A DNA stretch of 64,000 nt from Marispirochaeta sp. (GCA_963676835.2 CAXXFF010000003.1:800001-864000); one strand, 5' to 3'. Numbered from the stretch's first letter, positions 1 to 9,922 are shown. Notes: a model not told the origin generated them from the sequence alone. Numbers and translations: made by a program.

Positions 1-1232
1 TGGTCAAAGCCGGTGATGTAGTAGACAGCTTTATCGATATGGTACTGCCCCACCTGGAAAAAGGTGACTGCATCATCGACGGAGGAAACTCCCACTTCCC
101 CGATACAATCCGCAGAACAAAAACCCTTGAAGAGAAAGGTATTCTCTACATCGGCACCGGTGTTTCCGGCGGTGAAGAGGGCGCCAGAAGAGGCCCTTCC
201 ATGATGCCCGGAGGAAACAAGAAAGCATGGCCTCTGGTAAAGGATATTTTCCAGTCAATCGCTGCAAAAACCGACGATGGCGAGCCCTGCTGTGACTGGG
301 TTGGAGAAGACGGCGCAGGTCATTACGTGAAGATGGTGCATAACGGAATTGAATATGGTGATATGCAGCTCATCTGTGAGGCCTACATGCTCATGAAGAA
401 TGCCCTGGGCATGGATGCCGATGCAATGCATGAAGTGTTCAAGGATTGGAACACCGGCGACCTTGACTCCTACCTGGTTGAGATAACCCGTGATATCCTG
501 GGATTTAAAGATGATGACGGATCGGCTCTGGTGGAAAAGATTCTCGATACAGCCGGCCAGAAAGGAACCGGGAAATGGACCGGTGTAAGCTCTCTGGACC
601 TTGGTGTTCCGGTAACCCTTATTGGCGAAGCCGTTTTTTCCCGCTGTCTTTCCGCAATGAAGGACGAACGGGTTGAAGCTTCAAAAGTACTGAGCGGCCC
701 GGATGCCACCTTCTCCGGAGACAAAAAAAGCTTTATCGACGACATCCAGAAGGCTCTTCTTGCCAGTAAAATTGTCTCATATACCCAGGGGTACATGCTC
801 ATGCGTGAAGCAGCCAGAGAGTACGGCTGGAACCTCAACTACGGCGGCATAGCCCTTATGTGGCGGGGCGGCTGTATTATCCGTTCTGTTTTTCTGGGCA
901 AGATCAAAGATGCCTTCGACAAGAATCCGGAACTGAATAACCTGCTGCTGGATGACTGGTTCAAGAACAAGATTGATGAGTGCCAGGCCTCCTGGCGAAG
1001 GGTTGTTTCAAAGTCTGTCGAGCTGGGTATTCCCATGCCGGCGTTCTCCACTGCCCTGGCTTTTTATGACGGCTACCGTAACGACCGTCTTCCAGCCAAC
1101 CTGCTTCAGGCACAGCGGGACTACTTCGGTGCCCACACCTACGAACGGGTGGACAAGAAACGGGGTGAATTCTTTCATACCAACTGGACCGGCACCGGCG
1201 GCGATGTATCCGCCAGCACCTACGAAGTCTGA
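1..1232 (+). CDS. gnd: NADP-dependent 6-phosphogluconate dehydrogenase, decarboxylating (5'-truncated by window edge)
   Basis: Frame is open from the window start (VKAGDVVD...). Motifs DGGNS, VSGGEEGA, KMVHNGIEYGDMQ, QAQRDYFGAHTYER. Confidence 0.97.
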   Translation, partial: VKAGDVVDSFIDMVLPHLEKGDCIIDGGNSHFPDTIRRTKTLEEKGILYIGTGVSGGEEGARRGPSMMPGGNKKAWPLVKDIFQSIAAKTDDGEPCCDWVGEDGAGHYVKMVHNGIEYGDMQLICEAYMLMKNALGMDADAMHEVFKDWNTGDLDSYLVEITRDILGFKDDDGSALVEKILDTAGQKGTGKWTGVSSLDLGVPVTLIGEAVFSRCLSAMKDERVEASKVLSGPDATFSGDKKSFIDDIQKALLASKIVSYTQGYMLMREAAREYGWNLNYGGIALMWRGGCIIRSVFLGKIKDAFDKNPELNNLLLDDWFKNKIDECQASWRRVVSKSVELGIPMPAFSTALAFYDGYRNDRLPANLLQAQRDYFGAHTYERVDKKRGEFFHTNWTGTGGDVSASTYEV

Positions 1233-1251
1233 TACACCATTAAGTCTGCTG

Positions 1252-1280
1252 AAGCACCCTGAAAACAGGGTGCTTTTTTT
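1252..1280 (+). terminator. Intrinsic terminator after gnd
   Basis: AAGCACCCTG-AAAA-CAGGGTGCTT followed by a T run. Confidence 0.85.
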
Positions 1281-1301
1281 GGTATTTTTTCAAAGAAAAA
1301 T

Positions 1302-1330
1302 TTGACGAACTGTGGTTTGAGGACTACATT
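1302..1330 (+). promoter_or_regulatory. Sigma70-type promoter
   Basis: TTGACG-17 nt-TACATT. Confidence 0.65.
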
Positions 1331-1335
1331 TAAAG

Positions 1336-1588
1336 TGTTGGATGTTTCTAACAAGGAGGCAACCGATGGAAGCACCGCCTAAACAGGTGTGCCGGGATTA
1401 GCCCCGGCGTGTACATATTGTGTTGTTTGAAATCAGATTAAGAACGGAGGCGCCTATAGAACCACCCTATAGAGTAGCTTACCGAAAAGGTAATTCGAGC
1501 TCATAACGAGCAATAACGAGATACCAGTTCTGTGAGAAATCACACAAAAGAACGATATTTACAAGCCGGCCTCAGGCCGGCTTTTTTT
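1336..1588 (+). ncRNA. Candidate small RNA or micropeptide transcript
   Basis: Lies between a promoter and a strong terminator, contains several short hairpins and has no long ORF. Confidence 0.45.
1563..1588 (+). terminator. Intrinsic terminator
   Basis: AAGCCGGCC-TCA-GGCCGGCTT plus T run. Confidence 0.85.
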
Positions 1589-1651
1589 ATACGCCTGAAA
1601 TAATCAGATCAGAAATTTGCGATCCCTGCCTCAATTTTCTACAATTTAATC

Positions 1652-1825
1652 ATGATGAACGGAGACATAGACAGGATTACCGGCAGAATTGAAAGTCTGC
1701 TGCAGCGTCTGGGCTTGTTTATCAAGCATGAAGAGCTGGAACCGGAACATTACTTTGATCCCTTTCACCGGCTGAATTTTTCCGAAGGGGAAATCAGGAA
1801 GCTTCAGAGAGCAAGCAGGAACTGA
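1652..1825 (+). CDS. Putative 57-aa leaderless small protein
   Basis: Hand translation MMNGDIDRITGRIESLLQRLG...RASRN. TTGCGA-17-TACAAT promoter ends 6 nt before the ATG. Confidence 0.4.
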   Translation: MMNGDIDRITGRIESLLQRLGLFIKHEELEPEHYFDPFHRLNFSEGEIRKLQRASRN

Positions 1826-2738
1826 ACAACTCCCTGAAATGATCCTCTCCCTTTCCGTTGCCGGGAACGATTATAACAATCCCCACACTCTCGGGGCGCT
1901 CCTCAAGTTTTCCCAGAGAAACAGAATCACCGACACAGTCAATCTGATAATACCCACCCTCAGCCGCTGCAACCGCACCTTTGACACGGTAGCTTTCTTT
2001 TGCGGTACGAACCAGAAATTCTCTGAGAGCAGTTTCATTCAAGGGACCATCTGGTAATATCACATAATTTTTGGGCCGTCCGGCATTTCCCCATCCCATG
2101 TAAGAGGAATCAAGATCAGGTGTAGATGGTGCTTTGCTGATCATCGATTCAATTTCACCGAATGAAATATTTCCAAAAGAGGTTTTGCGTATCTCTACAG
2201 AATCATTGGCAGTTAGAATAAGGCTTTCTGCGGCCGATACTTCATCTTCCGAACATTGATCGATCTTATTGAGAACAACAGCTCCGGCATAGCGGATCTG
2301 CTCGCTGATTACCTGTACACTTTCATGCAGAACAGGCAGTCTGGGAGCATCAACAACGGTTATAAGTCCACCGAAATGTATTGCCCCCGAGGTGGTTTTC
2401 TCCACCCCGGCTGACAGATCCTTCAGTGTAGCCGGCTTTGAAAGGCCGGAACACTCGGCAATAATAAGGTCCGGCTTTTTTTCCGCCAGCTGGATTAACG
2501 CTGACGACAGAGGCCCGGCAAGGCAGGAACAGAAGATCTGACCGTTATTCAGTTCAAAGATATCTCCTTTTTTCCTGCCCTCCTCTTCTACTCTTCCCGC
2601 ATCTACTCCAATTGAACCAAACTCATTGATTATCAGCCCCGCAGTCCGGTCTCCCAGGGTTGCGAGCAGTTTGTTTAAAACCGTGGTTTTGCCGGATCCA
2701 AGGAAACCGGCAATAAAGTAGAGGGGAATACCTGTCAT
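1794..2738 (-). CDS. CobW/G3E-family P-loop GTPase (metallochaperone)
   Basis: GFLGSGKTT, INEFG, CxC-like FCSCL, E-x-SG, LNKID motifs. Confidence 0.88.
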   Translation of the reverse strand: MTGIPLYFIAGFLGSGKTTVLNKLLATLGDRTAGLIINEFGSIGVDAGRVEEEGRKKGDIFELNNGQIFCSCLAGPLSSALIQLAEKKPDLIIAECSGLSKPATLKDLSAGVEKTTSGAIHFGGLITVVDAPRLPVLHESVQVISEQIRYAGAVVLNKIDQCSEDEVSAAESLILTANDSVEIRKTSFGNISFGEIESMISKAPSTPDLDSSYMGWGNAGRPKNYVILPDGPLNETALREFLVRTAKESYRVKGAVAAAEGGYYQIDCVGDSVSLGKLEERPESVGIVIIVPGNGKGEDHFRELFSSCLLSEAS

Positions 2739-4085
2739 TTACATTACCTCATCAATCGCGCCGAAGAGTTCGTCACGGCTGGGAATAATAGAAGAGTACT
2801 TCAACTGTCCGTTGATGTATATACTGGGCAGCTGCTTTACTCCCATAGCTCCGCAGCGGGCGATATTTTCCGGGCTGGTGTACTTGTACTCGACCACATC
2901 AATCTTGTCACCATACTCTTTTTTCGCATCCATAGCAGAAGCCATCATATAAGTACAGGCGGCACAGGTAGTTGAATCCAGGGTAAAGACCTCAACAAGA
3001 GGACGTTCCAGGTTTTCATAATCCGGCAGCTCCCCCTCGAATACCAGATCCTCTTTCGAGTAGTTGGCAACCATGGACCGGACTGCCGCGGTATTATGCA
3101 CCGCCTGTTCAGCACCGATGGTATTTTCCACAGGAATGGCATAAGGCATATCGCAGCCGGGGGAGATAATCAGGTTATCGTGGGAAACTGAATCCATAAG
3201 GTCGATTACCGCTTTCATATTGTCCTGCTGATTTCCAAAAAGCATAATCGATGTGAGGGGAATATTTCCCGCCAGCACTACATCGTATTTGTCAGTAACC
3301 TCTTTGGCAGTCGCAAGATTCACGTTTTCATCCACTGAGATATTATCCGGCTTTGTGAGACACATTGGTTCAATATTATTGGTCGCATTCCCACAGACGA
3401 AGAAGGAGGAAAATACTCCTTTTGCCCGTATATCGGCAAAGAGCTCGGAAAAGGGGTTTTCCATAAACTCCTTGAAATGGTCCGGTGAAATCTGGGAGAT
3501 CAGGGGATCGACAACAGCCACAACATCCATTCCGGCTTCGATAAAGTATCCCGCCAGTGTTTTTGCAACCTTGTTACAGTAATCCAGAAGATTATGAACA
3601 TAGTCAGGATTCAGGATCATGTCCATAAACAGGTTGGTACCGCGCAGATGGGATGCCAGGGTAAAAGGACCGCAGAGCAGACCATATAACGCAGTATCTT
3701 CTCCAACTGCTGCTTTCATCCGACGCATCACATTCAGCTCCAGCCCGAGTCGTCCATCATCGGGGGCAGGAATCTTATCGGGGATTTCGTCAATGTCAGA
3801 CAGAGGATGGGTGGAGACCGTGGGAGGTGCATCTTCGGACCAGACAAGATCACATCCCAGGATTTCAGCCTCTACCTGCAGGTCAAACATAACCGGCTGA
3901 CCATCCGGTTTATAGAGCTTGTTAACTTCCAGGAGTGATTCAAACAACTTATCTCCATCGGTGGAGACTTCTTTTGCAGTATAGTCCTTGAGCCGTCCGG
4001 CATGAACCCCGGCAAAAGGTACCCAGGGTACATTATCGGGAATACCATTCCCCATGACTGTATAAATTCGTTCCTTTCCTGTCAT
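2739..4085 (-). CDS. Uroporphyrinogen decarboxylase/MtaA-like corrinoid methyltransferase with C-terminal thioredoxin-like domain
   Basis: EAEILGC, GPFTLA, CGN, ISPGCD motifs. C-terminal CAAC and LPSIYING. Adjacent to a corrinoid protein. Confidence 0.82.
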   Translation of the reverse strand: MTGKERIYTVMGNGIPDNVPWVPFAGVHAGRLKDYTAKEVSTDGDKLFESLLEVNKLYKPDGQPVMFDLQVEAEILGCDLVWSEDAPPTVSTHPLSDIDEIPDKIPAPDDGRLGLELNVMRRMKAAVGEDTALYGLLCGPFTLASHLRGTNLFMDMILNPDYVHNLLDYCNKVAKTLAGYFIEAGMDVVAVVDPLISQISPDHFKEFMENPFSELFADIRAKGVFSSFFVCGNATNNIEPMCLTKPDNISVDENVNLATAKEVTDKYDVVLAGNIPLTSIMLFGNQQDNMKAVIDLMDSVSHDNLIISPGCDMPYAIPVENTIGAEQAVHNTAAVRSMVANYSKEDLVFEGELPDYENLERPLVEVFTLDSTTCAACTYMMASAMDAKKEYGDKIDVVEYKYTSPENIARCGAMGVKQLPSIYINGQLKYSSIIPSRDELFGAIDEVM

Positions 4086-4155
4086 AATTCCTCCAAAGAG
4101 CAGAAGCAGGTAATTTTAATGGCGACGATTTTTGTCGTATTAAGTGTGAAAATGA

Positions 4156-4179
4156 ACCCGGCTTTTATGAGCCGGGTTA
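4156..4179. terminator. Stem-loop downstream of the corrinoid protein gene
   Basis: AACCCGGCT...AGCCGGGTT inverted repeat. Confidence 0.45.
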
Positions 4180-4202
4180 AGTCAGATCAGTACTGATAAA
4201 TC

Positions 4203-4838
4203 TCAGCTTGCACAGGCAGCTACGGCAGCTTCAGCAGCGGTAGTTGCATCGGCAGTGTAGATATCCGCGCCGATTGAATCACAGAAATTCTTGGTAACCG
4301 GTGCGCCGCCGACCATAATGGTTACGGAATCACGCATTCCGGCTTCTGTAGCCGCTTTTACAACATTTTCCATTTCGGTCATGGTTGTTGTAAGAAGGGC
4401 TGAGCAGGCTATAACCTGTGCACCCTGTTCCTGTGCCGTGGCAATAAATTTCTCAGAAGGAACATCAGCGCCAAGGTCGATAACCTCAAGCCCTTTTCCT
4501 TCCATCATAATTTTAACAAGGTTCTTGCCAATGTCATGGAGGTCGCCTTTTACCGTTCCAAGAACAACCTTACCCTTTGAATCGGAAGCATCACCCACCA
4601 TGTGGGGCTTCAGAATTGCAATACCTGCATTCATAGCCCGGGCGGCTATAAGTACTTCAGGTACATATACTTCGTTCTTCTTGAACCGTTCTCCGACAAC
4701 GCCCATACCGAGCATAAGTCCTTCGTTCAGTATTTCTTTTGCACTGCTTCCGTCATCCAGAGCCTTCTGACAAAGGTCAGCAACCTCTTTGGCTTTTCCT
4801 TTCTGCAGCATTTCTGATATTTCATTCCAGTCAGCCAT
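4203..4838 (-). CDS. Corrinoid (B12-binding) protein, MtaC/MttC-like
   Basis: GDLHDIGKNLV B12-binding motif, SALLTTT, GGAP. Confidence 0.93.
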   Translation of the reverse strand: MADWNEISEMLQKGKAKEVADLCQKALDDGSSAKEILNEGLMLGMGVVGERFKKNEVYVPEVLIAARAMNAGIAILKPHMVGDASDSKGKVVLGTVKGDLHDIGKNLVKIMMEGKGLEVIDLGADVPSEKFIATAQEQGAQVIACSALLTTTMTEMENVVKAATEAGMRDSVTIMVGGAPVTKNFCDSIGADIYTADATTAAEAAVAACAS

Positions 4839-4939
4839 TCCATCTCTCCTTTCGGCATATAGTTTATTATCAGGTCAAAATTCCATTCCGGTATTGAAAA
4901 AAAACGTTTCTTTTGGAAGTTTTTTAGGCAAAAACAGGA

Positions 4940-6223
4940 TTAACGATGAATTTCCTGACTATCCCCGCTGATTCTGCCCCGGGATTCCCGGTACCGACCG
5001 GGGGTGACACCGGAGACCCGCTTAAACACTTTGGAAAAGTAGGACTGATCTTCATAGCCCACCATGGCAGCAACATCCACCAGAGGAATAGTTGTATTCC
5101 GAAGTATATCCCGGGCCTTATCGATTCGGTACTTATTGAGATAGTTATTGAAGCTTACCTTCATCTCTTCCTTGAAAACCTTGGAGAAATAAGCGGGAGA
5201 TAAGTAGACTTCACCTGCAACGGCATCGAGGGTAATCTTGTCCGCATAATTGCTGTGAACATACTGGACAGCCCGGTATATTGCATCTGCATGTTTTACC
5301 TCACGAAGATCAAAGACGAAATCGGTAAATCTGAGCATTATACGGGAAAGCCAGGCGGCAAGATCCTCAACGGAGGAAAAGGTGTTTATCTGCCTGAGAT
5401 AGCGGAGATTAAGACCGAATATCTGTTCGACCTCTGCCCCGCCTTCAACAGCCGCCCTGGAGAGAAGGACAACCAGTTCAAGCACCCGGGACTGAATAAC
5501 CTCAAGATTTCGACCGGAAGAGAAAAAGACACTGCCGAGGATTTCATTCAACAGCTGCTGAGAGCCCTTCTTGTCGCCCCTGGAAATAAGGCTCAGAAGT
5601 TCCCGTTCTTTCTCAAGAGGATACTGATGGGTGTGACTCTCCTCTGCTTCCTTGATGTACTGTATATATTCGTTAATTCTTGACTGCTGCGCCAGGGCTT
5701 CGGATGTTACACTGAACCGGGTATCCGCCTGAAGAGAAAGGTGCTCCGCGGCAACTGCAAGCATTTCACTTAAGGCGGTTACTTTCTCGGGAGTAACCCG
5801 TGCAATGGAGTTCAGATTTTTCAGCAGCTGATCAGTATCAAAGTCTACTTCATGTTTACGCTTAAGCTCATCGATAACCTCTTCCGGCTCAATCATAAGC
5901 GCCGGTCCGCCGACCAGAGATCCCTGCATAATTCCGTCAATAACAATCGGGGAAGCCCAGTGGACGAGAGAAACCGGACAGAAATAGATGTATTTGCCCC
6001 CGAAGCGTTCAGCCTGGTACCCGCCCCAGAGATGCACCTGATGACAGTTCAGCTTATCATGCAGTACCGGCTGCAGGCCGCTGCAGAATCGGCAGCTCTC
6101 GCTGGCAAAGAGAATATCACCCTTGTTGTCTATAACAGAGCAGCTGCAGCCTGTTGCCTTGGCATAAAAACCTGCAATACGCCGGGCCCGCTCCCAATCG
6201 AGTTCGTTAGCACCATTATCCAT
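4940..6223 (-). CDS. PocR-sensor AraC-family transcriptional regulator
   Basis: N-terminal CRFC...C...YFCP PocR pattern and C-terminal AraC HTH (YFSKVFK..G.TP..YR). Confidence 0.88.
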   Translation of the reverse strand: MDNGANELDWERARRIAGFYAKATGCSCSVIDNKGDILFASESCRFCSGLQPVLHDKLNCHQVHLWGGYQAERFGGKYIYFCPVSLVHWASPIVIDGIMQGSLVGGPALMIEPEEVIDELKRKHEVDFDTDQLLKNLNSIARVTPEKVTALSEMLAVAAEHLSLQADTRFSVTSEALAQQSRINEYIQYIKEAEESHTHQYPLEKERELLSLISRGDKKGSQQLLNEILGSVFFSSGRNLEVIQSRVLELVVLLSRAAVEGGAEVEQIFGLNLRYLRQINTFSSVEDLAAWLSRIMLRFTDFVFDLREVKHADAIYRAVQYVHSNYADKITLDAVAGEVYLSPAYFSKVFKEEMKVSFNNYLNKYRIDKARDILRNTTIPLVDVAAMVGYEDQSYFSKVFKRVSGVTPGRYRESRGRISGDSQEIHR

Positions 6224-6253
6224 AATATTGTATGCAACTATACCAGACTTTTT

Positions 6254-8104
6254 CTATTGAGGAAAGAACATCTGCTCTACATATCTGTCCTGAAATTTCG
6301 GCGAAGCCGAAAGCTCAATATACTCCACCTTCGAAGCCAGAGTACCCAGGCGCATATAACTTTCCTCTGAAAGCAGAACCTGAACAGCCCCTGCCCCGGC
6401 GGTGTTCCCGGCAGCAACGATTTTCTCCTCTATTTCACCGGGAAGAAGTCCGATCCCGACGGCGCTGGCGGTATTGATAAAACTGCCGAAGCCGCCGGCG
6501 AGAAAAACCTTGTCAATTTTTTCAGGGCCGATTCCATACTCCTCAAGGAGTATATCTATCCCCGCAGCAACAGATGCCTTGGCCAGCTGTACCTCCCGCA
6601 CATCCCGGGGAGTAAAAATCAGGGGCTGATTATGCCGGTCGGTGGCAAAGATAAAACCGTCTTCAGTCACTCTGGAGGCAAGTACAGATGGAACATTTTC
6701 CGGCAGTTCATCCGGAGGCAATAAGCGTCCGGTGTAGTCCACAATGCCTGTTTCAATAAGTAGTGACGCAAGATCGATTATGCCGGACCCGCAGATACCG
6801 GCAGGCGTTTCACCGGCTATGGTGCTTATCGCAAGATCCTTTTGGGGGCTTAAAGTCACAACGCTTACTGCTCCGGGAATCCCGCCCAGACCACAGGAGA
6901 TGGTAGCACCCTCAAATGCCGGTCCTGCTGCAGTGGAACAGGCAATCATCCGTGAAGAATCACCGATAACCAGCTCACCATTGGTACCCACATCAATAAG
7001 CAGAGACGGCTTATCACAATCCATGAGCCCCGCGGCAGCGATACCGGCGGTAATATCTGCTCCGATAAAACCGGAAATAGACGGAAGCAGAATAACCGGA
7101 AGATACCGGGGAATACGGGGAAAAAGCTGATAACTCGATTCTATGCGCTTTTCGGTAAAAACAGGAATAAAAGGAGAAACCGCAATGTGGCGCGGATCGA
7201 CACCCGCCAGTAGATGCATCATTACTGTGTTACCCGCAACAGCAAGTCCCCGCAGGTCCTCCCAGGGAATCTCTTCTTCTTCGACAAGGCGGAAAACCAT
7301 GGTGGAAATCTGTCTGGCTATTGCCCGCTGCAGCGGTTCCGGACCAGACTCGCTTGCCGCCTGTACCCGTGAGATGACATCCCCTCCCCAGGCCTTCTGC
7401 ATATTGAGGCCCGAGACTACCCGGCAGATATCGCCGTCAGACAGATTGACCAGATAGGCAACTACCGTAGTGGTCCCGATATCAATAGCAATCCCATAAC
7501 CCGGCCCCGCCTCGGGAGACAAAACGCCCCACAGATGCCCCTCCAGGGTAGAGATTTTAAGACCATCTCTGTTTTTCCGCATCATAAGCATCAACTCTTC
7601 GAGAAGAGGAAGCGGAACTGAGGCATCCTCTATTCCATGCTGCTCTTTCAGAGCCTCACGAAAACGTACCGCGTCGCAGCGCTGGTCCTGTAAGCTGGGT
7701 TCCGACAGAATTATGGGCGCTGTTTTCAAAGGAGAATCAATAGCCCCTGCGTAGACTTTATGCTCTGTAACAATCTTCACTCCGTGGGAAGTAAAAAGAG
7801 GTGTAACGGTTAAATCTCCGGTAACCTTGACCATACAGGCTAAACGCTCCCCTTTTTCCAGTGAAACCGGAGAAAGAAATTTTGTCTCCTCCGTACAGGG
7901 AGAGGGAACTGAAGATCCCTCAAGGAGAACCCTGCATTTACCGCAGGTACCATTGCCGCCGCAGGGGGCATCAAAATCGAAATCTTCAAAGCCCTGCAGC
8001 GCTTCCAGCAGGTTAACACCGGATTCAACTGTCCGGGTTTCTTCGAGACCTTCTCTGAGCAGAGTGAGTTGTATGGTGTTCATATATAGAAAGAATGGTA
8101 TCAT
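6254..8104 (-). CDS. ASKHA/RACo-type reductive activator of corrinoid proteins with N-terminal 2Fe-2S domain (start may be 8083)
   Basis: CGGNGTCGKC...RLAC, DIGTTT, DVGTNGE, AAGPAFEG, GICGSG, LAGGFG. Confidence 0.92.
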   Translation of the reverse strand: MIPFFLYMNTIQLTLLREGLEETRTVESGVNLLEALQGFEDFDFDAPCGGNGTCGKCRVLLEGSSVPSPCTEETKFLSPVSLEKGERLACMVKVTGDLTVTPLFTSHGVKIVTEHKVYAGAIDSPLKTAPIILSEPSLQDQRCDAVRFREALKEQHGIEDASVPLPLLEELMLMMRKNRDGLKISTLEGHLWGVLSPEAGPGYGIAIDIGTTTVVAYLVNLSDGDICRVVSGLNMQKAWGGDVISRVQAASESGPEPLQRAIARQISTMVFRLVEEEEIPWEDLRGLAVAGNTVMMHLLAGVDPRHIAVSPFIPVFTEKRIESSYQLFPRIPRYLPVILLPSISGFIGADITAGIAAAGLMDCDKPSLLIDVGTNGELVIGDSSRMIACSTAAGPAFEGATISCGLGGIPGAVSVVTLSPQKDLAISTIAGETPAGICGSGIIDLASLLIETGIVDYTGRLLPPDELPENVPSVLASRVTEDGFIFATDRHNQPLIFTPRDVREVQLAKASVAAGIDILLEEYGIGPEKIDKVFLAGGFGSFINTASAVGIGLLPGEIEEKIVAAGNTAGAGAVQVLLSEESYMRLGTLASKVEYIELSASPKFQDRYVEQMFFPQ

Positions 8105-8355
8105 GGGTCTGAAAATTCGGCATGGTATATAACGGTGAACCTTAGTAAAAAGTTATCATCTTCACTGCAAATACCTCAAGATCCGATTGATACTACCGAT
8201 TCTAACATGTATCATATCATATACATCAACAGAAAAAAGTGCTTCCGGCAGAAAACCAAATCTACCGGAAAATGAAATTTTCTCGATGTTATGTATATCA
8301 ACAATAAAGAGATATATGAAACTTTCACCTACATGCAAGTGAGGCGTTCAACAAC

Positions 8356-9114
8356 ATGGCTGATTTCCTACTCTCATTCGGACTTACACCTTCCGCATGG
8401 TTTCTAATTGCACTCTGCGTAGCCTTTATGGGTGCAAATAAAACCGGGATTGTCGGAATAAATCTCATTGCAGTCCCTATTCTTGCGACTATCTTCGGAG
8501 GCAAAGCCTCCACTGGAATTCTAATGCCTTTTATGGTGATGGCTGATATAGTGGCGGTCATCTCATACCGCAAATCAATACGATGGAAAGAGTTAATATT
8601 CCTTTTACCATGGACACTTATAGGTATTACTATTGGCTTGTTTGTAGGTCAGTACAGTTCTGATGCAATCTTCAAAATTTACATCGCTGGAGCTATTATT
8701 TTACTTCTCATTCTCTTGCTTCTTTCAGAAGTATTTCGCGTCCGTATTGTTCATGATGAACACTGGTATGTTCCGGTAATAATCGGCGTTGTCGGTGGAT
8801 TCGTTTCAATGATAGGAAATGCAGCAAGTCCCATTGTTTCAATCTACTTTATAGCCCTGCACTTAAGCAAACACGAGTACATTGCAAGCAGGGCCTGGTT
8901 CTTCTGGATAGTAAATCTAATTAAAATACCACTTCATGTTTTTATCTGGCACACGATAACACTGAGATCTTTTCTATTTAACCTCACACTTTCACCGTTG
9001 ATCCTGATCGGTGCGGGCATAGGGCTCCTAGTTGTTCATAAAATACCAGAAAAACCATATAAAATTCTTATAATAGCGACAACATTTCTATCTGCGATAT
9101 TAATGATAGTCTGA
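8356..9114 (+). CDS. TauE/SafE-family exporter
   Basis: 252-aa hydrophobic protein with KTG..G, GNAA.P and NLIKIP motifs. Confidence 0.82.
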   Translation: MADFLLSFGLTPSAWFLIALCVAFMGANKTGIVGINLIAVPILATIFGGKASTGILMPFMVMADIVAVISYRKSIRWKELIFLLPWTLIGITIGLFVGQYSSDAIFKIYIAGAIILLLILLLLSEVFRVRIVHDEHWYVPVIIGVVGGFVSMIGNAASPIVSIYFIALHLSKHEYIASRAWFFWIVNLIKIPLHVFIWHTITLRSFLFNLTLSPLILIGAGIGLLVVHKIPEKPYKILIIATTFLSAILMIV

Positions 9115-9172
9115 CCGTTTGTATACGGCCAGACTATTTGCACCATCGGTGTAATAATATTAAGGTATACTA

Positions 9173-9922
9173 TTAATGAAAGACTTTTCCCGCATCCACT
9201 ACCAGAGTCTGCCCGGTTATGCTATCGGTTTTAATAAATGTTAAAACAGCGTCTGCGACATCATCCTTGTCAGCAGCTCTTTTCAACAGTACTGAATCAC
9301 GAGACGCCTGTGTATACTCAGGCGCAAGATTGTTGGTCATCCGCGTACCTTCCATAAGCCCTGGGGCAACATCATTAACCAAGATATCAGGAGCAAGAGA
9401 CATGGCAAGACATTTTGATAAATGTATAAGAGCTGCTTTTGATACTGCATAGGCTATGGAACTGGCCATGGGGTATAACCCGCCAATTGATGATATTGTT
9501 ACAATCCGTCCACCACCTCTTTTTTTCATCATCGGAGCAGCCTTTCTTGCGGCAAGGTATGGAGAAGTAAGATTAAAATTCATAATGTAATTCCACTTAT
9601 CAGCATCAAGGGATTCCAGGTCTTTGAAATCTATCCACTCGTTATAAGCAGCATCAAGAACCAGAATATCAACACCGCCGAAGGATTTTTCAGCAGCGGT
9701 AAACATGGCGTCAATCCCTGCTTCGGTAGTGATATCCGCCTGTACCGCAATACTCTCAGCACCAAGTTCAGAAAGTTTTTTTACATTTTCTTCAGCTTTA
9801 TCTTTTGATTTTGCATAAACCATGCAAAGCTTTGCTCCTTGTTGTGCCAAGCTTAAACATACCCGCCATCCCAGACCTCCAGTGGATCCGGTAACCACTG
9901 CAACTTTATCTTTAATTTCCAT
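9173..9922 (-). CDS. SDR-family oxidoreductase
   Basis: TGSTGGLG and YAVSK motifs. AGGAG RBS precedes the ATG at 9922. Confidence 0.9.
   Translation of the reverse strand: MEIKDKVAVVTGSTGGLGWRVCLSLAQQGAKLCMVYAKSKDKAEENVKKLSELGAESIAVQADITTEAGIDAMFTAAEKSFGGVDILVLDAAYNEWIDFKDLESLDADKWNYIMNFNLTSPYLAARKAAPMMKKRGGGRIVTISSIGGLYPMASSIAYAVSKAALIHLSKCLAMSLAPDILVNDVAPGLMEGTRMTNNLAPEYTQASRDSVLLKRAADKDDVADAVLTFIKTDSITGQTLVVDAGKVFH

Noticed and set aside
1495..1560. Short repeated ATAACGAG/AACGA words
   Set aside because: Too short to call an array. Treated as part of the candidate sRNA.
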